DNA of 60,535 nt, the filler included. It is 7 parts of 7 records of this genome, joined end to end, with 100 filler letters (N's around TTAATTAATTAA, not from the genome) between each part and the next. Parts side by side here need not be neighbours in the genome. Positions count along the whole stretch, not along the records: positions 12,688 to 24,462 come from SRR31147125_6663; positions 24,563 to 29,958 come from SRR31147125_6665; positions 30,059 to 36,931 come from SRR31147125_6668; 4 more parts are not named here. One strand, 5' to 3'. Below are positions 21,544 to 31,450 of the stretch, in pieces; the first letter of the stretch is position 1; the number at the start of each line of letters is the position of its first letter. The position numbers and the translations under genes were made by a program. Under the pieces are notes generated by a model. That model was given only the letters and a program-made list of their open reading frames with translations. It was not told the DNA's origin and did no database searches.

Positions 21544-22835
21544 GATTTATCCTCCTTTAGTTTCTTAAAACCAAAAGTGATTTCTGTCTATTAAATCTCA
21601 TTCATATTATTTAGCTTAACCTCCTTTGTATTAAAATTTATTATTTATTTTACTAGTTCACTATTGTCCAAAATAAATATTTTTCGAGATTATTTTGGAT
21701 ATCATTTTTTACTTTGAAATATTTTGCTCCTCTCTTCTTACATTTTTTCGAATTACCAGACGAGTTGGAATCCTTATTTTCTCATGTTTTAAAACATGTT
21801 TTCTTATTAGCTAGTAATATTTTTGAAAATTCAATAGCCTAGTTTTTTTATCGATTACAATGGTTGTCAAGTGAGGCGGGTTCATTTTTGCTTTATACGG
21901 ATACAAAAGTCTTACAATCGAAAAAACATTTGCTGTTTTTATTCCCATATCACATATTAAATTTAATAATATAATGACGATGAGATAACGATTGAATATG
22001 CTGCGATTAGTTATGGTTTTATAGAATATAGATCATTAGCATATCGATAGGTACATCCCTAGCTTTGTTTCTATCTTTTGCGAATCTTTCATCCACAAGG
22101 GTATTTGTGAGTTGAAAATTAATTCTTTCGACTTCCATTTATAACAATACTTTTATAGCTGTAAGTACATCATTAATAAATAAAAAATTCAGCAACATGA
22201 CAGGTACATATTTCATTGATGGTCAGTATTTCTCGTTCCTCGACTCCTCCTCTTTAACAATTAATGTTAATAAAAGAATATTTCGCCTTGAAAATGAGCA
22301 AGTCAATATCCTTTGAAAAACTAAAATAAAGGAACTGGAATTATGAGGTATAGTCTAATAAGATTACGATAGTCTAAGTGTAATGACGGAGCTGTCTGAT
22401 TTGGACGATATTTAAGTTTTTTAGCAGTGTCAAGAATCTTTTGGTGTGTCGTCTCGAAGAAATCTTTTCTGATTGAAGCCTGTAAACATGTGAAGTTATC
22501 GCTGGATGAACGTTAGAAATAATGCGACATTTATATCATTGCCATTCAGAATGAATTCCTATCGATCTATAGAAGGTATTTATAAAACAATAAAATAAAA
22601 TTTGCTATCAATTCAAGTTATTAACCGTTAATATTTTGTTAAAAAATTGAAAACAATACTTGTTTAATTTGGAATAATATTATAGATTTAGAGGAGAACG
22701 AGCTAATCTATTGATTTCATTCACTATTCATTTTCAGAGATGAGCAAATATAGTAAGTTGGACATGATATTCTTACTATTTGAAAAATAAAAGAGTTTAA
22801 CATACAATCCTATGTTAAATTTGGTAATCTGAAAA

Positions 22836-24101
22836 ATGATCTCTGCCAATCAAATAACATCATATTTGCAAAATATTTTAAAGAGCGCCGAATTTGTGCA
22901 TTCTAAAATCGACCAAGATGTACTTTCATATCTTGTAGAATCCTCATTAAAAAAGAAACATATTAGTGAGAAAACTATTGCAATTGATGTATTTGGGAGA
23001 AACTCTGATTTTAATTCATCAGATGATCCAATAGTTCGCGTCCATATTCATAATCTTCGAAAAAAGTTAGCAAATTATTATCTAAATGAAGGGAAAAGGG
23101 ATGATATACATTTTGTAATCCCCAAAGGAAATTACATAATCGAATTTGTCAGTCCTGAGAGGAAAATAAAAAGTATAATAAACTCACTTGGCAAAATAAT
23201 TTTTAGCCGAGAAACTATATTTTTTTTAATTATCATTATATTTTTAATCATAATAATAAAACAACAAATCAAACTGGGTTCTACAAATTTTACAAAACCT
23301 GTAAATAATACCATTCTTCAGACCGATCAAATTTGGTCCGATTTTTCAAAAGATAACATAAATACTCTCCTCGTACATGGGGATATATTTGCAATATGGG
23401 AATATGAAGAGATTGAAAGTATCGGTCGGCTAATTCTCGATTACCAGATAACCAGTATTCAAGACCTGGAAAAATATATTTCCCAACATAAATCTGACAC
23501 TAAAAATATGCGAAAGGCCGGAGATATTTTACTCAGTGAATCTCAAGTTTTTAGTCTCTTTAATATTTTGCCTCTATTTTATGATTCTAATACGAAAATT
23601 GAACCAAGATTGTCATCAGAAATAAAATGGTCAGAAATAGCCAATAATAATGTGATCTTTTTGGGAGATTTTAGAACAGTTGGTATATTCAGCCATTTTC
23701 TTAAAAAGACACGTTTTAATTTTCATTTGGGCCCCCATGCATTGTTTTTAATGGAAAATAGTGCAGATACATTAGCTTCATTTTTACCCATTTGGGAAAG
23801 CAATGACCAAAATGAATATTATCAGTTGCACAATAAAGATTTTGCTTTAATTGCCAAATTACCCGGCCCCAATGACTTGCCAGTAATGCTCATTGTTAGT
23901 TTTTTTGATATTGGAATTAAAGAAGCTGTTAAATATCTTACGACATCCTCATTGTTAGAGCAGATTGAGAGAAGGTTCGTGGATGAGCTAGGTTATTTTC
24001 CTCAGTACTTTGAATTGTTGATAGAAGTGGAAGGATTAGAAAGGACCGGAATAAGCTCGAAAATTATTTTTGTAGATGAATCTTCTTCGGTAGTTCAATA
24101 A
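22836..24101 (+). CDS. Putative transmembrane one-component regulator: N-terminal winged-HTH-like domain, one TM helix and an extracytoplasmic domain
   Basis: SEKTIAIDVFGRNSDF...DPIVRVHIHNLRKKLANYY...IPKGNY resembles an OmpR/ToxR-type recognition helix and wing. TM segment IFFLIIIIFLIIII. Divergent from the TonB-dependent receptor. Confidence 0.7.
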   Translation: MISANQITSYLQNILKSAEFVHSKIDQDVLSYLVESSLKKKHISEKTIAIDVFGRNSDFNSSDDPIVRVHIHNLRKKLANYYLNEGKRDDIHFVIPKGNYIIEFVSPERKIKSIINSLGKIIFSRETIFFLIIIIFLIIIIKQQIKLGSTNFTKPVNNTILQTDQIWSDFSKDNINTLLVHGDIFAIWEYEEIESIGRLILDYQITSIQDLEKYISQHKSDTKNMRKAGDILLSESQVFSLFNILPLFYDSNTKIEPRLSSEIKWSEIANNNVIFLGDFRTVGIFSHFLKKTRFNFHLGPHALFLMENSADTLASFLPIWESNDQNEYYQLHNKDFALIAKLPGPNDLPVMLIVSFFDIGIKEAVKYLTTSSLLEQIERRFVDELGYFPQYFELLIEVEGLERTGISSKIIFVDESSSVVQ

Positions 24102-24282
24102 CTCTATTTTCTTTATGAATGATATATTTTTTACTAACGATACTTAAGTAATTCAGGGATTTCTATTTTAAGTGTACCTATATAAAATAAGACCTACCTG
24201 AAATCCACTTCTTTAAATTTTAACTCATTGGGCGCAAAGGAGCTCGTAAAAGCTAAATCTATTAAAAAAGGATTTTTTCTTT

Positions 24283-24461
24283 TTATTTTAAAAATTTTTT
24301 AAATAACTGTTGACGACCTGTTTTCAAGTCAATCACTCTTTGAGCTCTCCCAAAAGCCTTTAACGCTAAATTTTTCTTTTCTTTGTATACATTCTGTTTT
24401 TTTCTTTTCTCGCTTTATCTTTCTCAAATTCTATTAATTTCTCAACCATGAATAAATTACC
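24283..24461 (-). CDS. 3' end of an unidentified gene entering from the contig edge
   Basis: Open frame GNLFMVEKLIEFEKDKARKEKNRMYTKKRKNLALKAFGRAQRVIDLKTGRQQLFKKFLK*; no family recognised. Confidence 0.3.
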
Positions 24462-24462
24462 C

Positions 24463-24562
24463 NNNNNNNNNNNNNNNNNNNNNNNNNNNNNNNNNNNNNN
24501 NNNNNNTTAATTAATTAANNNNNNNNNNNNNNNNNNNNNNNNNNNNNNNNNNNNNNNNNNNN
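24463..24562. other. Artificial contig-join spacer
   Basis: N44-TTAATTAATTAA-N44. Confidence 0.98.
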
Positions 24563-24899
24563 GGGGAACAGGAAGATCTCTCTGGTAAAGTTCCGCCAAA
24601 AGATACCATTCTTTCCAGGCCCGGTTCCTTTCCAGACCTAAATAGAGATATCGGTCTGACACACAGCGTCCAATCAGACCTCCCCGGCGAAAATGCCGAA
24701 GCACAACGCAGCTCTGATCAAGCTGAATAAACCAGGCGTCACCACGTCCTTTTGCCCGCCCGATTATCAATCCGGAATGTTCTAACTGAACAGGCTCAAA
24801 TAATGGCTCCGACAAAAGAGACGAATAAGCCGTGTCGTATAAGACGTGTCGCCCTTCAAGTATCATGCAGCGCGCGACGATTTCGTCGTTACCTTTCAA
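24563..24899 (-). CDS. kdkA: Kdo kinase, 5' part (start uncertain)
   Basis: GRAKGRGDAWF, VLRHFRRGGLIG and RAWKEW..L..LY...LPVP match KdkA; LPS gene context. Confidence 0.82.
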
Positions 24900-24928
24900 T
24901 GATCGAGCCTTCTGTTTTAAAACGGAGC

Positions 24929-26011
24929 TTATGATATTTCATCGATCTCCTCTTTCAGCAACGCAGACAGGTCATCAAGGTTGATTATAGCGATATCAAG
25001 CTGCGCATACAGATTCAGTAGGGGGCCTGGAATGTCGCTGAAAAGATTGAGGGCGCGAACTCTAAGGCAAGGGTTCAGCCACTTGCTCGTCAGCAAAGAA
25101 GTCGAAATGTCCCCAAGGACAAGGCAACGATCATGAACAAACGGGAGCATAAATTCCATACCGATACGACCTTCAAGGAGAATCGAGCCGTCAAAACACT
25201 CGTTCACCAAGTTCATATCTTTTGCTCTCGGATGCACTTTAACAGCGATCCTATCGGCCCTGCGACCGGACGTGACCAAACGTCCGAATTCACGATACAC
25301 ATCCAGGTTATTCCTGAAACCCGCTTCATGCGGAAGCACAATAAGAATATCAGTTTGTGCCAATTGCTCTTTCAAACACTCTGCATTCTTCAGAAATTCC
25401 ACTGTTAATGCTTTAAATTCAGCAGATTTAAATCTTTCAGAAGACACCTGAAAGAGTTTTTTCTTTTTCAGACAAGGGTGGACACTCTTTGGGAAAGCGA
25501 CATAGGCAGAGGAAATCCAGCCAGAAGAACCCGTTGTGAGAGCACTCTTCCACCAGTGTCCGAGAAAGATTTTTTTAATCAACGGATCTATGATGCGATG
25601 TTGAAACGTCTTCATCGACTTATGACCAACGTAGGTCACGGCACCATCATCAAGATAAATCCCCTCGGAATCCCCCGCAGTTTTCGACGCAATATGCATC
25701 GCATATTGAAACTCTATCCTGCGATCATTTCCCGTGAAAATCCGCTTAGATCCTGGTTGAGAAAAGAGGTCCTGAAGGTGTTTAAAGCCATGCCCTTTAC
25801 GAAAGATCGCTTTCAATCCGGTCGGCAGGGTGAGTGACACCACGGTGTTAAAAAAAACAGGGTGCCGGTCCAAGGCCTCAATGTAGCTATTCGCAGAACT
25901 TTGATCCCTGGTTATGATCAAGGCGACGCTATGATGACCTGGGCTGCCAAGAGAAATATTGGCAGCCAAACACAGGTGTAAGGGAGACGATATGAAATAG
26001 TAGTCTGTCAC
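24929..26011 (-). CDS. Sialyltransferase-like (CMP-ulosonate) glycosyltransferase
   Basis: ISSPLH N-terminus plus LDDG (D/E-D/E-G) and KVHPR (HP), the motifs of bacterial sialyl/polysialyltransferases. Confidence 0.6.
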   Translation of the reverse strand: MTDYYFISSPLHLCLAANISLGSPGHHSVALIITRDQSSANSYIEALDRHPVFFNTVVSLTLPTGLKAIFRKGHGFKHLQDLFSQPGSKRIFTGNDRRIEFQYAMHIASKTAGDSEGIYLDDGAVTYVGHKSMKTFQHRIIDPLIKKIFLGHWWKSALTTGSSGWISSAYVAFPKSVHPCLKKKKLFQVSSERFKSAEFKALTVEFLKNAECLKEQLAQTDILIVLPHEAGFRNNLDVYREFGRLVTSGRRADRIAVKVHPRAKDMNLVNECFDGSILLEGRIGMEFMLPFVHDRCLVLGDISTSLLTSKWLNPCLRVRALNLFSDIPGPLLNLYAQLDIAIINLDDLSALLKEEIDEIS

Positions 26012-26031
26012 TTTTACTCAGTATTGAAAAG

Positions 26032-27052
26032 CTACATTGTCACGCAGTCAAACATTTCATCAATATATGATCTTGCTTGAGTGTTAAAGTCTTCAATCTG
26101 CTCTGCGTACTGGGAATAGATGGCAAAGACTTCTTCTAATCGATTTTTCAAATGTTTCGTGTCGTTCAGATTCAGCAAAAATTTGTCTCGAGGCAGATTC
26201 AACTCGGCCAGCAATGCCTCACTTTTATACGAGTTCGAAGCCACGGCGACAAATGGAATGCGTTGCTGCACAACAAAACAGAGAGCATGATACCTCGCCA
26301 CACAAACAGCGCGATAGGTTGCCATTTTTTCTAAAAATGGATCCGTTTGCCCCACAGCCGTCGTCAGCACCTTATAGCGCGATGGGACACTGATCTTAAG
26401 ATAATTCCACAAGGGGGGTACAGTCTGTACTTAAACCACTTGTCCCAGTCTTTTATCCCTCGCATGTGTTCCAGACGACCGGTAAACATCGTCATCAGAT
26501 CAATAGAGTCATCCGCAGTGGTCAATTTCAGCAACTGTTCAGTCTTTAAATTAACAACTGAATCCGTGCATAAAAATTTTGTCTGTGTTGGATGATAGAA
26601 CCGCTCATACTCATAAAACGTCAGATCCGGAGCATAGCCGACACCCTCAACAATTTGTTTCAATTGATTCTGACTGCGACGATCTCGCGCATAGAGAACC
26701 TTCAACCTTTCGAGGACAGATTGCCATTTCGTTGTCTCATTGTCCTGCCAGAGAGCATTGATCAAGGCGACGGGGTGTGTCTCTACCAAGCGCTCACAAA
26801 TAGCGAACAGACGGTTCGCGTTTCGACTATCGTGATGCAGTGATCCTTCTCCGTTGACAACAATCAAATCAGTGAGCGCAAGTTCCTTTTGCAGTTTTTT
26901 AAATCGGAAACTGATGAGCTGACAGGTAATGAGCCCACGCATTGCCACCCTCTTGCGGACATCGCCAGATGCAAGTTACGAATGACCCTGAGACAGCCGT
27001 GATGGTTGTCAAATCGGGTGTCATTAATCAAAAAGTACCGTTTCTGCTCCAA
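26032..27052 (-). CDS. Polysaccharide pyruvyl transferase family protein, split into 3 ORFs by frameshifts at T6 26895-26900 and G6 26413-26418
   Basis: NDT...HHGC, VVNGEGSLHH, ARDRRS, APDLTF and RYHA...PFVAVASNSYKSE. A single-base addition at each run fuses the ORFs. Confidence 0.75.
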
Positions 27053-27057
27053 AAATT

Positions 27058-27951
27058 TTACTCCTGCATCCGCCGGACTTTACTCCTCACCTTTGAAATC
27101 TGAGAACCTTCCTTGTAACGCCCTTTATGAACATGACGGATCTGATAAACACCATCCACATTGATCCCCACCCCCTGCGATCCGATCAACCAACGAAAAG
27201 CACGATCTTCATAACATTTACACCAGTGGTCGGAAGGCGTCTGATAAAGTGACAGCCCTTCGCAATACCCGATGGCGCGCGCCACATCGCCGTGAACAAT
27301 CTGAAAAGCTCCTTTGGCGCAATCTCGTGTTTGTGTGTTGAACTGATCGGATGGGATATCGACGATTTGCGGTGTCCACCCTTCGCACAATAGGGGGTCG
27401 GAGCTGGCCAGCATGGGCGTTGTTCTCTCCTCTGTGGGGAATAAAAGTGTATCAGTACGCCCTTGAAGTTCGTCGGCCAATGAGTCAAGACAGTTTTCAT
27501 GGAAAATAATGTCGCAATCCGTGAACCAGAGCCAATCGGCCTTTGTCGACCTAGCAGCCATATTTCGTCCTATGCCTCGCCTGAAAAGCTTTCCCTTCGG
27601 CAGACAGACCCAATTCCACTCGATATTCGGGACATCAAATTGCTGAAAAAACTCAAGAAGCTGCCGCGTTTTCTTATCTTCGTCAGAATAAAAAACAGTG
27701 ATCAGTGCGTTGAGCTTCGTCGGCGGGTAATTCACAAAAGAGCTCAATTGATAGGCCAGCATATTGGAATACTGCCAACAATGACTGACGATCTCCAACT
27801 GAAATGGTCCCTGAACGGCGGATCTATGCTTTTGTTCGGGCAAAGGCTCGCGGAACCAGGAAGCTGGCAGAGCGCCACTGGCTGCCACCCGTAGAAAATA
27901 ACCGAGGTAAGCATCATACCAGCGTTGTGGATAAATAGGAGTTGATTGCAT
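27058..27951 (-). CDS. GT-A fold (GT2-like) glycosyltransferase
   Basis: RGIGRNMAA...ADWLWFTDCD DxD motif and a YED motif. Confidence 0.75.
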   Translation of the reverse strand: MQSTPIYPQRWYDAYLGYFLRVAASGALPASWFREPLPEQKHRSAVQGPFQLEIVSHCWQYSNMLAYQLSSFVNYPPTKLNALITVFYSDEDKKTRQLLEFFQQFDVPNIEWNWVCLPKGKLFRRGIGRNMAARSTKADWLWFTDCDIIFHENCLDSLADELQGRTDTLLFPTEERTTPMLASSDPLLCEGWTPQIVDIPSDQFNTQTRDCAKGAFQIVHGDVARAIGYCEGLSLYQTPSDHWCKCYEDRAFRWLIGSQGVGINVDGVYQIRHVHKGRYKEGSQISKVRSKVRRMQE

Positions 27952-28080
27952 ATGTCTTTATTTAATTGAAAATCAAAAGATAAGATGTTAATGATCTGTA
28001 ATTACTGACGTTATTAAGATATATGCTGTTTACCTTAGCCCTACTGGACTGTCAATCTAATTTCAACATCAACAACAACT

Positions 28081-28863
28081 ATGAAGACGCCAACACATTG
28101 TCAGAAGCGTACAGGTCACATATTGAGCTCATGCAAGCAGGGTCTTCAGGTTCAAAACAAAAAAGCGTCCATGATGATACATCTCTCCAGATCTCGTCTC
28201 CCTCGAAAAACGGAACCTCTCCAGATCAAAGAATATCAGTCATTCATTCTGGACAGTTCGGGCATTGCAGCTCTTGACAAAAGAAAGTATAAAGCCGATA
28301 TCGGCTGTTGGATGATCTATCTGCCGAAGCTTCAAGCCAAAATCTTCCACGCAAAACACGGCATGATCGACTGCACGCAGGACCCCAAGGTTCAAAATTT
28401 GGAAGACCCTAACCAGCCCGTTGGTCGTTACAGAGTTGCCGACTGGCAAAATGCTCTACAAACACCCATTTATCGGCGCATGGGGGAACTTTGGATAACC
28501 AGTGCGCGACTCTGGCGCGCAGGCCTTGGTCCACAACCACTGGGGCTCTGTTTCGTCAATTCATTCATTCGTGATGGTATTGAATTAGGACCAACCTGCG
28601 GATTCCTCAGTCAGAACGTGCGCTCTTTGCCAAGGAAAATGAACTGTAAACTGGAACAGATTGTTGATGCTGGCGTTATTCCAGACTACATTCTCAGTTG
28701 CGTCAGACAACAGTTGCGCGGATACGTGATCGATCTTTGCTCAGTCAAAGGATGTCAACCTCTCAACGCATCTGATCAGGTCGAAATCCTTGCTAAGCTT
28801 TTTGAGCAAAGACCGGACCCTTCTGAGTTAATTCTGAAGCTCGAAGAAGCTCTGGCCTGGTAA
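28081..28863 (+). CDS. Hypothetical protein (start may be ATG 28168)
   Basis: A 260-codon ORF filling the gap between the divergent GT2 and convergent Trm112 genes. Confidence 0.6.
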   Translation: MKTPTHCQKRTGHILSSCKQGLQVQNKKASMMIHLSRSRLPRKTEPLQIKEYQSFILDSSGIAALDKRKYKADIGCWMIYLPKLQAKIFHAKHGMIDCTQDPKVQNLEDPNQPVGRYRVADWQNALQTPIYRRMGELWITSARLWRAGLGPQPLGLCFVNSFIRDGIELGPTCGFLSQNVRSLPRKMNCKLEQIVDAGVIPDYILSCVRQQLRGYVIDLCSVKGCQPLNASDQVEILAKLFEQRPDPSELILKLEEALAW

Positions 28864-28871
28864 GAATCATT

Positions 28872-29042
28872 CTAATTTGCGGGTTCCGCCTCATCCAATA
28901 ACATAATTGGGATGTCATCACGAACCGAAAAACGCAATTGGCACTTCTGACATATAATGGTATTTCCGGCTTGAACGAACTCAACGGGCTGCTTACATTG
29001 CGGGCAAGCCAAAATATCAACCAACTCTTCTTTGAGTGTCAT
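28872..29042 (-). CDS. Trm112/YcaR family protein (UPF0434)
   Basis: LVDILACPQCK...C..C...F.VRDDIPIMLLDEA; ATGA overlap with the lpxK stop. Confidence 0.9.
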   Translation of the reverse strand: MTLKEELVDILACPQCKQPVEFVQAGNTIICQKCQLRFSVRDDIPIMLLDEAEPAN

Positions 29043-29958
29043 TTCTCTCTCCATAATTTTTGAACGATGTCGTTTTTAAGTATTTTTTCCTGATCAATCT
29101 GGATCGACATAGGAATCTGATAACACGGAACTTGAAATGAAGTGCTTATAAGTTTCACAGCGTCCTTCTCTGTCGTCACAAGCGCATCACAATCTCTCGC
29201 TAGAGTATTAATGCGATCGATTAATGTGCTGCTATAATGACAATGATCTCCAAGCGGCAATCGAGAACAGACCTCCAATCCGACCTCTTCCAAGCTATAA
29301 AAGAATCCGTCAGGATTGGCAATTCCGGCGAACGCGCACACCTTAAGCCCCTTCAGGCTTTGAAGATCAACAATATTCCCCGACAGATCAACCGCGTTTC
29401 CAGTAAAGGCGTGTCGACAGAAAAATACCGACTTTTCACTCTCTGAAAGTCCATCTATCTGTGGCGCACGTGTCTTCAGAATAATACTCGCTCGACTCAA
29501 ACTCGAAGTCGGTTCACGCAACATCCCGGCCGGAAGAAGCCATCCATTTCCATAAGGTTTTGCTGCGTCAAGCAAAACAATATCGACATCCCCTTTTGAC
29601 GGCGCGATGCTGGAAGCCGTCATCAAGTATAATGACATCAACACCGAATTGATTTTCAGCAACCCGAACCCCGTCGACCCTTTTACGAGCAATCAGGACA
29701 ATCGTCCGTGGATTTCTGCGAGCAAGAAGAAACGGCTCATCTCCCACTTCAAAAGGATCAAGGCTGGGGCCAGTCTCACCATCCGATACAATTCCGATCT
29801 CCCCCTAAAGGTTCCCCCATAGCCCCGGCTGATAACGGCAACTTTTTTCCCATCTTTAGTAAATTCTTTAACCAGCCAATCCACAACAGGCGTTTTACCT
29901 GTCCCACCAACGACTAAATTACCAACAGAAACAACAGGGACAGTAGATCGACAGCTGG
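29039..29958 (-). CDS. lpxK: Tetraacyldisaccharide 4'-kinase, 5'-truncated, several frameshifts
   Basis: [30 protein letters not shown] (alternate frame), [17 protein letters not shown] and TTEKDAVK. Confidence 0.9.
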
Positions 29959-30058
29959 NNNNNNNNNNNNNNNNNNNNNNNNNNNNNNNNNNNNNNNNNN
30001 NNTTAATTAATTAANNNNNNNNNNNNNNNNNNNNNNNNNNNNNNNNNNNNNNNNNNNN
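29959..30058. other. Artificial contig-join spacer
   Basis: N44-TTAATTAATTAA-N44. Confidence 0.98.
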
Positions 30059-31172
30059 TTGCCCAGTACGAGTTGCTCAATGTGCTGACCATTACACGGC
30101 CCTGTCCGGATGATGCGTGTACAAACTCGCCGTTTCCAAGGTAGATGCCACAATGCCCGATGTAGCTCGATGAGTCTGATTTAAAGAACAGGATGTCTCC
30201 GCGTTGCAGCGACGACGTGCTTGTAATTTTCGTCCATGCGCTGTAAGTACTGTACACAGATGCCGAGTATCTCGAAACCGAGAACCCTGCGTTGTTGACT
30301 GCGTAGTACACGAGACCCGAGCAGTCATACGTGGTTGGTCCTTCGTTGCCCAGCACATAAGATTTACCGTTTTGCGCAATTGCGATATCGCCGATTGTAG
30401 CGTTGGAACCGGTAGATGCTGTGCACGCACTATCGCTAAATGCTTTGATACGTGTTGCTGGACCCGCGATTCCGTCAGCAGTGAGTCCGCAAGCGCTTTG
30501 GAATGCAAGTACCGCGTTCTTTGTTACACTGCCGTAGTAGCCGGTAACGCTGCTGTACGTATAGAATCCAAGTTCTTTCAGCCTGGTTTGCAATGCGCTG
30601 ACTGCTTCGCCGCTGTCGCCGACGCGCAGAACAAGACTTTTTGCGCTAGATGCGTACAATTGCGCTTGTGTTATTGCGCCAGCAATACCGTCGCTGCTCA
30701 AGCCATGTTCATTCTGGAAGCGGATGACCGCCGTCTTTGTTACTGCGCCATAGTAGCCCGTTGCGCCGCTGTAGTCTAGGTAGCCGAGGCTATACAGCCG
30801 CTGCTGCAACTCGGTTACCTCGCTTCCCGTGCTGCCGAGTTTGAGTGTTGTGTTCGAGCTTGTGCTCGTACTACCGTACAGTGTCGTTTGCGTGTTCGTG
30901 CCGGCAATACCGTCGGCGATCAGGTCGTTGTCTTTTTGGAACTCGGTCACTGCCGATTCCGTCATCCAGCCGTAGTAGCCTGTAGGCGCTACGCTGAGGT
31001 AGCCTTTGTTATAAAGCGCCTGCTGCAGCTCGGTAACTGCGCTACTGCTGTCGCCGTAATGCAGTGTGGTATATTCCGCTGCAAATGCAGACGGTGCAAA
31101 ACTGATTAGCATAACAACTGCCAAAATCGGTACGATAACACGTCTTATCCATTTGTGTTTTCTTTGTCTCAC
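30059..31172 (-). CDS. Secreted cell-wall hydrolase: three PG_binding_1 repeats plus an NlpC/P60 (C40) domain; extreme 3' end truncated
   Basis: Signal peptide ending AFA; three repeats of V..LQ..L...G....TGYYG..T..AV..FQ....L..DGIAG..T; YDCSGL, HCGIY and FVHAS catalytic motifs. Confidence 0.92.
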
Positions 31173-31405
31173 TTTCTATCAATCCTCCCTTTCTGACGCA
31201 ATTATAACTTTTGCATATGTGTACATTCAAAGTGCACTATATGCGGCGAGGATGGATGATCGAATAACAAGAATAAATATTACGGAAATATTACGTTAAT
31301 ATTAAAATTCAATGTGTTTGCGCGTGTTTGCGTGTGTTTGCACATAAAAAAATAACAGTGATGGACATGCTTTCATATGCTGTTAAATGTACCGTTGATT
31401 TGTAT

Positions 31406-31434
31406 AAAAAAAGAGAGGCGATTTCGCCTCTTTT
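31406..31434 (-). terminator. Rho-independent terminator after rubrerythrin
   Basis: AGAGGCG-ATTT-CGCCTCT hairpin with a U-tract on the minus strand. Confidence 0.75.
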
Positions 31435-31450
31435 AGACCTATGCTTTGAA

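Noticed and set aside
16301-24201. 11-bp repeat GACCTACCTGA at 16301 and 24191
   Set aside because: Only two copies, and 11-mer matches are expected by chance in a 12-kb contig.
31311-31345. Three GTGTTTGC units as a possible CRISPR or iteron array
   Set aside because: The units are too short, there are no spacers and there are no cas or rep genes. No CRISPR array was seen anywhere in the window.
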